42,351 nucleotides of DNA, taken from sequence record NC_025430.1. The stretch is one strand, 5' to 3'. The position numbers and the translations under genes were made by a program. The notes beneath the pieces were generated by a model. That model ran no database searches and had not been told where the DNA came from. It saw only the letters and a list, made by a program, of their open reading frames with translations. Position 1 is the first letter of the stretch. Every line of letters begins with the position of its first letter. Shown piece after piece: positions 7,649 through 15,551 of the stretch. This DNA comes from Escherichia phage vB_EcoM-ep3.

Positions 7649-7677
7649 TTTACTTTCGGAAATGCGCCCTGTACTAT
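7649..7677 (+). promoter_or_regulatory. Candidate sigma70-type promoter
   Basis: TTTACT (7649-7654), 17-nt spacer, TACTAT (7672-7677). It lies 30 nt upstream of the HTH gene start. Confidence 0.5.
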
Positions 7678-7706
7678 GGGCGCATTGTTATTACGAGGCT
7701 ATTACT

Positions 7707-7895
7707 ATGGACGAAAGGACCGAACGACTTCACAACATTATGGCTGAACATGGCTTAACCTGCCGCGACGTTGGCCGTTTACTTGGGCGCACTGAACAAA
7801 CGGTGCTTATCTGGCGCTGTAAGGGCGGGAAAGTCATTCCGACCCACCAGCTTGAATTGCTTGAACTGAAACTGAACGCGCAGGCGGAAAAATGA
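7707..7895 (+). CDS. Small Cro/Xre-like helix-turn-helix regulator
   Basis: The start is moved to ATG 7707, 8 nt after a GAGG RBS. The HTH segment is LTCRDVGRLLGRTEQTVLIWRCKG. Confidence 0.55.
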   Translation: MDERTERLHNIMAEHGLTCRDVGRLLGRTEQTVLIWRCKGGKVIPTHQLELLELKLNAQAEK

Positions 7896-8122
7896 ACGCC
7901 TGTACCTGGCAGCCAACCACAGTGACGCTGCAAGATGGGCGCGAAGTGTTGAGCGATAGCCGGGAATGGTTGCTGGAATGCGAAGCCAAATACGTTCTGA
8001 ATCAGCCAACCATTGAAGCACGGCGCACCCTGCTGGCAGCGATAGAAAAACGGCGCGGCGCAACAGCCCGCGAAGAACTAGAACAACGCGCACTGGCCAT
8101 ATGGCGCGCTAACAGGCCATAA
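7892..8122 (+). CDS. Hypothetical protein
   Basis: 76 aa with an ATGA overlap to the upstream gene. It immediately precedes the primase-helicase. Confidence 0.6.
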   Translation: MNACTWQPTTVTLQDGREVLSDSREWLLECEAKYVLNQPTIEARRTLLAAIEKRRGATAREELEQRALAIWRANRP

Positions 8123-8134
8123 AATCGGGGTTCT

Positions 8135-10444
8135 ATGAGTGCACAACAAAACTATAAGGATTTGACCGAACAGGAAATTGCAGAAGCACTTTCCTACATC
8201 GACGCCGGTTGCGACCGTGAAACATGGGTGCGCATGGCGATGGCGGTTAAATCGGAACTAGGCGACGGCGGTTTCACCGTCTGGAATGACTGGTCACGCC
8301 AGTCTGACAAGTACAACAGCAAAGACGCGCGCGACACCTGGAAATCAGTGAAGCGTCACGGCGGCATTGGCATTGGCACCCTGATTGGTGAGGCGCAGCA
8401 GTTCGGCTTTTCCCTGAACGATGCAGAACGCACGCCGCTGACAGCGGAAGAAATCGACGCACGCAAGCGCAAGCGCGAAGCCGAAGAAAAGGCAGAGCAG
8501 CAGCGCCGCGCCGAACGTATGGCGCAGGCAGCCGAACAGGCGCGCAACATATGGGAATCAGCCACCGAACTGGAAGGCGATGAACACCCCTATTTGCAGC
8601 GCAAGCAGGTGCAGGCGTTCGGCCTGCGCGTTGGGCGGTTCTGGACCGAAAAGCGCAGCATTGATGGTGCGCTACTGGTTCCTGTGCGTAACATTGACGG
8701 GCAGATCACCAGCTTGCAGGCCATCTTCCCGAACGAAAACCCACAGCTAGGGCGTGACCGTGATTATTTGCCTGGCGGCCAGAAGCGCGGATGCTTCCAC
8801 GTCATAGGCGGCAAGCCGACTGGCGGAAGCCCGGTTATTGTCATCTGTGAGGGCTATTCAACCGGCGCGTCAATCCACCAGGCAACCGGCTACTGCGTTG
8901 TAGTGGCGTTTGATGCCGGTAACGTTCCGACCGTGGCCAAGTTGATGCGCCAGCAGTTCGGACGCGCAACAATTGTTGTGGCAGCCGATAACGACCAGTG
9001 GCACGAAGATGGCAAGCAAAATGATGGCGTTCACTACGCGCGCCAGGCCGCAACCACATGCGGTGGCCTGCTGGTGGTTCCGAAGTTCGCCGCATTAAGC
9101 GACAAGCCGACCGACTTTAACGACCTGCACAACCTGCAAGGGCTGGCAGAAGTTAAGCGGCAGATTAACGCCGCAATACCTGAACCGGCAAATGACAACT
9201 TTCTGCCGCTGGATGCAACGGTCAACCCGTTCATGTACCCGCACATGAGCCACCAGCAAAAGCCATTAAGCACCTGGGAAAACCTGGAATGGCTGCTGGA
9301 ACAGTACGGCATCACGGCGCGATATAACGAAATCAGCAAAGATGTGGTGGTGACCATTCCAGGGCGTGACTACGGCGTTGACGCTGCGGCCAACTGTTCC
9401 CTGGCGGAAGTTTCCAGCCTGTGTGCCCGCAACGGTATGCCAAAAGGTGATGTGGGCGACTACATCAAGCTGATTGGCGTGGCCAACCGTTACAACCCGG
9501 CTGCTGATTTCATCACGTCACGGCCATGGGATGGCGTCAGCCGCATTTATGACCTGGTTGACACCCTGACCACGCCGGAAGGCTTTGACCGCAGCCTGGT
9601 GCTGATGATGGTGCGCCGCTGGCTGATTTCTGCCGTGGCTGCCGTCATGAAGCCAACCGGGTTCTGGTCCAAAGGCGTCCTGGTGTTACAGGGTGACCAG
9701 TCATTGGGGAAAACGTCCTGGTTTAAAGCACTGCTGCCGCCGACCATGCGCGACCTGGTGAAAGATGGCGCGACCATCGACCCTAGCAACAAAGACAGCG
9801 TGACCACCGCGATTGGCCACTGGATGGTTGAGCTGGGCGAACTAGATGCAACGTTCCGCAAGGCTGACATTGCCAGGCTGAAATCCTTCATCAGTTCTGA
9901 CGTGGACATGCTGCGCCGCCCTTATGACCGGCTTGAATCGAAGTACCAGCGCCGAACGGTGTTTTTTGCGTCAGTGAACCCCAAACACTTCCTGGCCGAT
10001 GACACCGGGAACGTTCGCTGGTGGACCATTCCGGTGACCGGCGTGAACTACGCCCACGACATCGACACGCAACAGTTATGGGCAGAAGTGGCGCAACTGT
10101 ACCGTGACGGCGAACGCTGGTGGCTGGATCGTGATGAAGAAGCCATGCTGGAAGGCGTCAACAAGGAACACGAATCCATTGACCCGGTAGAGGAAATGAT
10201 ACTGGCGCGCTTTGAGTGGGGCAGCGAACGCATCAGCGCCTACCGCGAACATACCGCCAGCCAGGTGTTGCAGGAAATCGGATTTGATAAGCCGAACAAG
10301 TCACAGGCCACGCATTGCAGTAACGTGCTGCGCAAGCTGACCGGGCAGGAACCGCGCAAGACGAAAAACGGGCGGTTCTTCAACCTGCCGCCGAAGGTGT
10401 TGCAGCCGGATTACCGGCGACCAGATGACAATTCACCGTTTTGA
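8135..10444 (+). CDS. Bifunctional DNA primase-helicase (PriCT-2 / Toprim / VirE-D5-like P-loop)
   Basis: 769 aa. N-terminal PriCT-2-like segment (ETWVRMAMAVKSELGDGGFTVWNDWS), Toprim (VIVICEGYSTGASI...VVAADND) and C-terminal Walker A GDQSLGKT. Confidence 0.9.
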   Translation: MSAQQNYKDLTEQEIAEALSYIDAGCDRETWVRMAMAVKSELGDGGFTVWNDWSRQSDKYNSKDARDTWKSVKRHGGIGIGTLIGEAQQFGFSLNDAERTPLTAEEIDARKRKREAEEKAEQQRRAERMAQAAEQARNIWESATELEGDEHPYLQRKQVQAFGLRVGRFWTEKRSIDGALLVPVRNIDGQITSLQAIFPNENPQLGRDRDYLPGGQKRGCFHVIGGKPTGGSPVIVICEGYSTGASIHQATGYCVVVAFDAGNVPTVAKLMRQQFGRATIVVAADNDQWHEDGKQNDGVHYARQAATTCGGLLVVPKFAALSDKPTDFNDLHNLQGLAEVKRQINAAIPEPANDNFLPLDATVNPFMYPHMSHQQKPLSTWENLEWLLEQYGITARYNEISKDVVVTIPGRDYGVDAAANCSLAEVSSLCARNGMPKGDVGDYIKLIGVANRYNPAADFITSRPWDGVSRIYDLVDTLTTPEGFDRSLVLMMVRRWLISAVAAVMKPTGFWSKGVLVLQGDQSLGKTSWFKALLPPTMRDLVKDGATIDPSNKDSVTTAIGHWMVELGELDATFRKADIARLKSFISSDVDMLRRPYDRLESKYQRRTVFFASVNPKHFLADDTGNVRWWTIPVTGVNYAHDIDTQQLWAEVAQLYRDGERWWLDRDEEAMLEGVNKEHESIDPVEEMILARFEWGSERISAYREHTASQVLQEIGFDKPNKSQATHCSNVLRKLTGQEPRKTKNGRFFNLPPKVLQPDYRRPDDNSPF

Positions 10445-10450
10445 ATAATA

Positions 10451-10476
10451 ACCCGCTTCGGCGGGTTTTGTTTTTA
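10451..10476 (+). terminator. Rho-independent terminator after the primase-helicase
   Basis: ACCCGC-TTCG-GCGGGT followed by TTTTGTTTTT. Confidence 0.8.
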
Positions 10477-10479
10477 TTG

Positions 10480-10521
10480 ATAGGTATAAACGATTATATC
10501 ATTTACATAAGTAAATATAGA
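10480..10521 (+). promoter_or_regulatory. Conserved upstream element, copy B (ATAGGTATAAACGATT ... ATTTAC ... AAATATAG)
   Basis: Partner of 5228-5272. It lies directly after a terminator and upstream of the methyltransferase gene. Confidence 0.4.
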
Positions 10522-10541
10522 ATTCATCTATCGAAAACGAG

Positions 10542-10565
10542 ACAAACCAAACAAACCAAACAAAG
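10542..10565 (+). repeat. C/A-rich tandem repeat (ACAAACCAA x2 + ACAAAG) forming the methyltransferase leader
   Basis: The sequence is GACAAACCAAACAAACCAAACAAAG, ending 2 nt before ATG 10568. There is no Shine-Dalgarno sequence in this leader. Confidence 0.7.
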
Positions 10566-10567
10566 TA

Positions 10568-11545
10568 ATGGGTAGCATTGTGAATAAATACGAATTGCAT
10601 TTAGGTGATTGCCTGGAAGTTATGAAGTCTATTCCAGCCGGTAGCGTTGATTTGGTTCTGTGTGATCCGCCGTATGGCACCGCTGGCGGAATGGGAAAGG
10701 GTGAAGAACGCTATTCACGAATTGCGAACGCTGAATGGGATAACGCTATTTCTCCGCAGGCCATTTTTGAAGAATGCAACCGCGTTTTGCGAACTAACGG
10801 CGCTCTTATTCTGTTCAGCCAGGAACCTTACACCAGCAAGTTAATCACAGCGGCGCATGGAAATCTGCCTTTCAGTTATCGACTAATGTGGCTGAAAGAC
10901 CATTTCTCTAACTCGCTGTTGGTAAATAAAGCGCCTGTTTCATACTTTGAAGATTTAGTGGTGTTCTTCAAGAAATATGACACGCTGGCACAGCATCCGC
11001 TAAGGGATTATGCCAAAAAAATCATGGAATACATTGGCAGAAATATAAAGCAGATAAACACTGATTTAGGTCACAGGCGCGCGGAACACTTTTTTTATGT
11101 TGAATCAACGCAGTTCGGGCTGTGTACTGAAAAGACATACAACCAGATTATTGCGCACTATGGGCTTAGTGTGTGTGACTGGCTTATGACTTATGCTGAA
11201 ATGTTAGAAATTGACCGCAGGTTTGCCCGCAGGTTTAACCTGGCGGATGGTGCAAAATACAAATCTAACGTTCTTCAGTACAAAAAGGATTATACCGGCC
11301 TTCACCCAACACAGAAGCCGGTAGCACTGCTGGCTGACATCATCAGGACATATTCAAACCCTGGCGAAACGGTTCTAGATTTCACTATGGGGAGCGGGTC
11401 AACAGGAGTCGCCTGCATCAATGAAGGCCGTAACTTCATAGGAATTGAACTTGATGAAACCTATTTCCAGACAGCGCAGGGGCGCATAATGGAAGCAGCA
11501 GCCGCAAACGATAACCAGGCAAGTAGCAATTCTGTTGTAGCATAA
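10568..11545 (+). CDS. DNA methyltransferase (N6_N4 family, beta class; DPPY motif suggests N6-adenine)
   Basis: 325 aa. Motif IV LCDPPYGT lies near the N-terminus and motif I DFTMGSGSTGVAC near the C-terminus. The region is visibly more A+T-rich than its neighbours. Confidence 0.85.
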   Translation: MGSIVNKYELHLGDCLEVMKSIPAGSVDLVLCDPPYGTAGGMGKGEERYSRIANAEWDNAISPQAIFEECNRVLRTNGALILFSQEPYTSKLITAAHGNLPFSYRLMWLKDHFSNSLLVNKAPVSYFEDLVVFFKKYDTLAQHPLRDYAKKIMEYIGRNIKQINTDLGHRRAEHFFYVESTQFGLCTEKTYNQIIAHYGLSVCDWLMTYAEMLEIDRRFARRFNLADGAKYKSNVLQYKKDYTGLHPTQKPVALLADIIRTYSNPGETVLDFTMGSGSTGVACINEGRNFIGIELDETYFQTAQGRIMEAAAANDNQASSNSVVA

Positions 11546-11592
11546 CCACCATTCCCCACCAGTGTGGGCCAATAAAAACGAGGTAACACCCG

Positions 11593-12420
11593 ATGAAACA
11601 AGTAACGATTGACAACGTGCGCGAGCGCATAGCGGAACTGGAAATGGTCAACAGCCACGGTGAACTGTCACTGCGCGGCGAATTTGAACTGGCGTGTTTG
11701 CGGATGCTGGCCGATTCAATGGGCGGCGTTGATGATGACGTGCGCAACGTGGTGGCCCTGCTGGAAAACAACGAATGGGCCGAGCACTGCACTAAAACAG
11801 AGCTTGGCCAGCGCCTGGAAAGCGAAATAACCCGCCTGGTTGGGGACGTGCAGCCAGTGCCGGTGGTAAGCGATGCTGACCCATCACTAAACGCCATGAT
11901 GCGTGCGCTTGATGCGTTCTATGCTGATGACTATGTGCCGGAACGTGCCATGCTGGCAGCTTTCAGAATCCTGCTGGCGGATGTGCGTGAAAAGCCAGCG
12001 CCGGTGGTAACTGATGATAGGCTGCTGGAAAACCTTGAAACGCGCATCAAAAGCCTGGAAATCGGTGAACGCAAAGGCGCATTGAGCACGCATCAGGAAA
12101 TCAGCCTTAAGGCGTATCGCCTGACTGTCCAGTGTCTGCGTTCGTCTGCCATCAGTGATGAAACAGACAACACCGCGCAGCAGTTCGAATCGTTGGCTGG
12201 CATCAATGCGAACAAACATCATGACCAGTGGGTGAATTGCAGCGAAAGGCTTCCAGATCGCTTCCGTGACGTTCCTGTGATGCTTTCTGATGGTTCCCAG
12301 CGAGTTGGGCGCATCAATCATAAAGATACCTGGCTGATTGCCAGTTACCACCATACAAAGCACCAATATACAGGCGACGTTGTTATGTGGTTCGACACGC
12401 CTAATCCCACCAGCGAGTGA
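11593..12420 (+). CDS. Hypothetical protein with C-terminal DUF551-like domain
   Basis: 275 aa with a GAGGT RBS. The C-terminus WVNCSERLPD...VMWFDTPNP fits the DUF551 pattern (W....RLP......W.P.P). Confidence 0.6.
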   Translation: MKQVTIDNVRERIAELEMVNSHGELSLRGEFELACLRMLADSMGGVDDDVRNVVALLENNEWAEHCTKTELGQRLESEITRLVGDVQPVPVVSDADPSLNAMMRALDAFYADDYVPERAMLAAFRILLADVREKPAPVVTDDRLLENLETRIKSLEIGERKGALSTHQEISLKAYRLTVQCLRSSAISDETDNTAQQFESLAGINANKHHDQWVNCSERLPDRFRDVPVMLSDGSQRVGRINHKDTWLIASYHHTKHQYTGDVVMWFDTPNPTSE

Positions 12421-12749
12421 AGCGGCAAGCCATGAGCCTGGCAACCGATATTCTGTGGCGCGCTTTTGTTAAGCAGGCGAAACAGAAGCCAACGCCAAAA
12501 TCCGCACCAGTGGAGGCAAAACCAAAACCGGAAGTCACGGCAATCAGCAACCGCAACCTGCACCTGGCGCGCGTCCCTGGCTGTCAGCGTCTGGCTTGGG
12601 GTTGGCAGGTTACGTGCATTGATGGCAAGCAGAAACACAAACTGGGAACCTTCAAAACAATGCCACGCGCACGCATAGCATGGCGACTTTGGCACCTGTG
12701 GAAGCGCCGGGGTTTTGCCGACATCCCAACCGGACCAAACCACGCCTAA
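12417..12749 (+). CDS. Hypothetical protein (possible AP2-like DNA-binding motif)
   Basis: GTG start overlapping the upstream stop (GTGA); an alternative ATG is at 12432. The N-terminus is Lys/Pro-rich. WGWQVTCIDGKQKHKLGTFKT resembles an AP2-type strand-turn motif, but weakly. Confidence 0.45.
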   Translation: MKRQAMSLATDILWRAFVKQAKQKPTPKSAPVEAKPKPEVTAISNRNLHLARVPGCQRLAWGWQVTCIDGKQKHKLGTFKTMPRARIAWRLWHLWKRRGFADIPTGPNHA

Positions 12750-12755
12750 ACACTA

Positions 12756-12778
12756 ACCGCCTTCGGGCGGTTTTTTAT
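12756..12778 (+). terminator. Rho-independent terminator
   Basis: ACCGCC-TTCG-GGCGGT followed by TTTTTTATT. Confidence 0.8.
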
Positions 12779-12838
12779 TGCGCAAAAGATGACAAGTATG
12801 ACAAAATAACAACGTCACCAATAACAGAGGAATTCATC

Positions 12839-13120
12839 ATGATTGAACAAAAGCTAGACCGCATCATTGAACTGCTGGAAATCATCGCGGAAGCACAACC
12901 GAAACCGCGCGTTAGTCGTAGTCAAATCAGTGATGCAAAGAGCATTATCGTTTCGCACCGAGAACAACTGAGAGGAAAGCGCATCACGTTTGGTGAATTC
13001 TGTGAAATCATTGGCGTGGAGAATTCAAAGCAAAACCGATTAAAGTTTGGTGCTGCAATGACTGAGGCTGGAGTCAAACAATACAGAACAAAAAACGCAC
13101 GTTATTATTTATTTGCATGA
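12839..13120 (+). CDS. Hypothetical protein (93 aa)
   Basis: The start is moved to ATG 12839, behind an AGAGGA RBS. The ORF-track start at 12680 would read through the terminator at 12756-12778. A GTCACC core (12814-12819) sits just upstream. Confidence 0.6.
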   Translation: MIEQKLDRIIELLEIIAEAQPKPRVSRSQISDAKSIIVSHREQLRGKRITFGEFCEIIGVENSKQNRLKFGAAMTEAGVKQYRTKNARYYLFA

Positions 13121-13140
13121 TTACTTTTATCTATTGATAC

Positions 13141-13164
13141 AGCGCCTTAATGGCGCTTTTTTTG
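13141..13164 (+). terminator. Rho-independent terminator ending the early rightward region
   Basis: AGCGCC-TTAAT-GGCGCT followed by TTTTTTGTTT. Confidence 0.75.
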
Positions 13165-13188
13165 TTTATGAGCGACTCAATAAAAAAG

Positions 13189-13448
13189 TTGGTCACCGTA
13201 GTCACCTGGTAGTCACCGCTTAAACCAATGATATATATACGAAATGACCAAGTGACCAAGGGAGACAAGGAAATAAAAGATTTTAAAAGGTGACAAAAGC
13301 ATTGAGCGCATTAGTACCTAACAGCAACTTTATGAAAACATGGTCGAGTTGGTCACCAAGCCCATAAAAACGGCGCTTTTTCCTTAAAAATCAAGGTGAC
13401 CGAGAAAAACACCGCTTGTCTCCCTGTAGTCACCTATTTCTGGTCACC
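13189..13448. repeat. Iteron-like cluster of GGTNACC / GTCACC cores with A/T tracts
   Basis: GGTNACC at 13191, 13351, 13395 and 13442. GTAGTCACC at 13198, 13209 and 13426. Tandem TGACCAAG at 13245 and 13253. GGTGAC at 13289. Flanking inverted repeat GGGAGACAAG (13260-13269) / CTTGTCTCCC (13415-13424). Confidence 0.8.
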
Positions 13449-13469
13449 GTTCATCTTTTCGGCTACAAT
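13441..13469 (+). promoter_or_regulatory. Candidate promoter reading into the Mor-like/lysis genes
   Basis: TGGTCA (13441-13446, overlapping the last iteron), 17-nt spacer, TACAAT (13464-13469). Confidence 0.5.
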
Positions 13470-13507
13470 CCCTATATTGACTTTTATTTATAATTATTGG
13501 GGGTTAC

Positions 13508-13942
13508 ATGGAATTACCGCGCACTGTGCAGGAAATAGCTGACGTTATTGGCCGTGAACGTGCGCTATATCTTATCGGACAACTACCAAAATTGTGGGTG
13601 CCATCGCAGCAGTACCACAAAGTAATTTTGTATGTGCCAAAGCGGATTCGGCCCAATGACCCCCTGGTGAAAATTCTTGGATGGAGTGACGCCAGCAAGA
13701 TGGTGCAGCACTTCGGTGGTGAAATGCTTCACCCGGCTAATTGCGAATACATTTACCGCCGTTTCATCCACAGCAGCATCAAGCGGATGCACAGCGAAGG
13801 AATGGACGCAAAAGCCATTGCGGAACTGCTGGACGTTTCAGAACGCACCGTGAAGCGGCACTGCACTGACAAACCCCACAAAGACACATCACCTGCAAAT
13901 GACAACACTCCCGAACGACTACTAACCGCTATGGGGCAATGA
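13508..13942 (+). CDS. Mor/C-family-like transcriptional activator (C-terminal HTH)
   Basis: 144 aa. HFGGEMLHPANCEYIYRRFIHSSIKRMHSEGMDAKAIAELLDVSERTVKRH parallels the Mu Mor core (LGGGQVYIP...RD..I...F.G.N..EL....GV....VY). It sits at the early/late boundary. Confidence 0.55.
   Translation: MELPRTVQEIADVIGRERALYLIGQLPKLWVPSQQYHKVILYVPKRIRPNDPLVKILGWSDASKMVQHFGGEMLHPANCEYIYRRFIHSSIKRMHSEGMDAKAIAELLDVSERTVKRHCTDKPHKDTSPANDNTPERLLTAMGQ
13868..13884 (+). promoter_or_regulatory. Late-motif copy 1 (15/17: GACAAACCCCACAAAGA)
   Basis: Inside the 3' end of the Mor-like gene. AACACT follows 19 nt downstream (13904-13909). It ends 62 nt before the holin ATG. Confidence 0.5.
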
Positions 13943-13946
13943 CGAA

Positions 13947-14267
13947 ATGGAGTTTTTCCAGAAATTTCTAGATAACATTGGGTGGGGCATCGCTGGCATA
14001 ATGGGTGCGCTGGTTTCGCTCCCGTTCCACGATGACATCAAATCTGTAAAGGCGCGCATCTGGTTCGTGTGTACCGGTGCAATCTGCGCTTACTTCCTGA
14101 CAGACCTGGTTTCTTTGTATTTCAAAATTGATCGCGGGCTGGCTGGTAGTGTTGGCTTTCTTATGGGGGCATTTGGCGGTTCGCTGCTTGCTGCTGTCAT
14201 CCGGGCCATCAAAGCAGCAGACATTTGGCAACTCCTGAAAAACCGCTTCGGTGGGGGTAACGTATGA
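13947..14267 (+). CDS. Holin-like membrane protein (three predicted TM segments)
   Basis: 106 aa. Hydrophobic stretches GWGIAGIMGALVSLPF, IWFVCTGAICAYFLTDLVSLYF and GLAGSVGFLMGAFGGSLLAAVI. It is the first gene of the lysis cassette. Confidence 0.65.
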   Translation: MEFFQKFLDNIGWGIAGIMGALVSLPFHDDIKSVKARIWFVCTGAICAYFLTDLVSLYFKIDRGLAGSVGFLMGAFGGSLLAAVIRAIKAADIWQLLKNRFGGGNV

Positions 14268-14545
14268 TGCTGTTTACGGTCATCAACTTCATTTCAGTCG
14301 TCATTCTATTCCTTTGGGCCACCTGGTGCGTTTTGTATCAGGGCGTGCGTGATGGCATCGTGGGGAAAATATTGTTTTCCTGCGTTGCCATTTCTGCCCT
14401 GGCAATCATCCTGCATGACATCCAGGGCACCTACACAGCCAAACCGGCAGTCACACTTCACGCCTGCATGGCGGCGGTGGCTGTTCGTCATTTCATCGTC
14501 AACACGGTTTGGAAGCCATTTTTCTCAAAGCTGTTTCATAAGTGA
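14264..14545 (+). CDS. Second lysis-cassette membrane protein (holin/antiholin-like)
   Basis: 93 aa with three hydrophobic segments. It has an ATGA overlap with the upstream gene and lies directly upstream of the endolysin. Confidence 0.55.
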   Translation: MMLFTVINFISVVILFLWATWCVLYQGVRDGIVGKILFSCVAISALAIILHDIQGTYTAKPAVTLHACMAAVAVRHFIVNTVWKPFFSKLFHK

Positions 14546-14553
14546 GGATTGAT

Positions 14554-15033
14554 ATGAAAATTTCATCCAATGGCCTGGCTGTTCTTAAATACTTCGAGAA
14601 TTGCCACCTTAAGGCATATCCAGATCCTGCCACCGGTGGTGCGCCGTGGACGATTGGATGGGGCCACACAGGGCCAGAAGTTAAACGCGGGCTAGTGTGG
14701 ACACAAAAGCAGGCTGATGATGCACTGGTGGCCGACCTGGCACGATTTGAACGCGCAGTTAGTGCCGCCGTTCGTGTTCCGCTGAACCAGGGCCAGTTTG
14801 ATGCGCTGGTTTCGTTCACTTACAACTTGGGTGAAGGCAATCTGAAATCCAGCACGCTGCTGAAAATGGTCAACGCTGGCAACTTTGCCGGTGCTGCTGA
14901 ACAGTTCAAACGCTGGAACAAGGCGAACGGCAAGACGATGCGCGGCCTGACCCGACGCCGTGCCGCTGAACAATGCTTGTTCCTGGGCATGGGTGGTGCG
15001 TCAGCTATTGAACGCGGTGTGGCGGCAGCATGA
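14554..15033 (+). CDS. Endolysin, GH24 (T4/lambda-type) lysozyme
   Basis: The start is moved to ATG 14554, 5 nt after a GAGGA RBS. YFENCHLKAYPD...WTIGWGHT...QFDALVSFTYNLG is the phage lysozyme signature. Confidence 0.9.
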   Translation: MKISSNGLAVLKYFENCHLKAYPDPATGGAPWTIGWGHTGPEVKRGLVWTQKQADDALVADLARFERAVSAAVRVPLNQGQFDALVSFTYNLGEGNLKSSTLLKMVNAGNFAGAAEQFKRWNKANGKTMRGLTRRRAAEQCLFLGMGGASAIERGVAAA

Positions 15034-15551
15034 TGGATAAATACGCTACTCCTGTGAAACTCATTGTGGCGATAATCATCGCCTTTGCGCTGGTATCCTT
15101 CGGGTATGTATCAGGGTTCAGCAAATCAGATCGTGAATGGCAGGCCAAATGGTCTGCCCGCGATGCTGCTGACGCACAGGCACGCCAGCAATTTACCGAA
15201 CAACAACGCCGCATTGAAATACAGCGGCAGGGGGCTATTGATGCTATTCAGGAACAAGCACAGCAGGACATTGCTACAGCACAGCGTAATGCTGCCATTG
15301 CTGCTGCTGAGTCTAAGCGCCTGCAAGACGGTATCGCAGACGCCATCACCAGACTACAGGCAGATAGCGGCAATCCCGGCGCTACCATCAGCAGCAAGAC
15401 AAGGGCCAGCACCAGCAGCCTGCTTGCCGAGTTGTTCAGAGAGATTGACGCAGCAGCGGGCATCTATGCAGCAGAGGCTGACAGGGCAAGAGCCGCAGGG
15501 CTGACCTGTGAACGGGCTTACGACGCAGTGAGAGCGACATCACAACAATGA
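15030..15551 (+). CDS. i-spanin (Rz-like)
   Basis: 173 aa. N-terminal TM segment (LIVAIIIAFALVSFGYV), then an Ala/Gln/Arg-rich coiled-coil periplasmic domain. It overlaps the endolysin stop. Confidence 0.75.
   Translation: MMDKYATPVKLIVAIIIAFALVSFGYVSGFSKSDREWQAKWSARDAADAQARQQFTEQQRRIEIQRQGAIDAIQEQAQQDIATAQRNAAIAAAESKRLQDGIADAITRLQADSGNPGATISSKTRASTSSLLAELFREIDAAAGIYAAEADRARAAGLTCERAYDAVRATSQQ
15241..15504 (+). CDS. o-spanin (Rz1-like lipoprotein), fully embedded in the +1 frame of the i-spanin gene
   Basis: ATG 15241 lies 6 nt after AGGGGG. The signal is MLFRNKHSRTLLQHSVMLPLLLLSLSAC with lipobox LSAC. The mature part is Pro-rich. A shorter alternative start is ATG 15289. Confidence 0.7.
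   Translation: MLFRNKHSRTLLQHSVMLPLLLLSLSACKTVSQTPSPDYRQIAAIPALPSAARQGPAPAACLPSCSERLTQQRASMQQRLTGQEPQG

Noticed and set aside
11887-12444. 185-codon minus-strand ORF; similar cases at 38047-38724 (-), 20795-21346 (-) and 41632-42180 (+)
   Set aside because: Each lies entirely opposite a better-supported gene (the DUF551-type protein, gpD, the protease-capsid ORF and the SprT-like gene) and lacks translation signals.
12680-12838. ORF-track N-terminal extension of gene 12839-13120
   Set aside because: The extension would be translated through the intrinsic terminator at 12756-12778 and has no RBS. ATG 12839 has an AGAGGA RBS.
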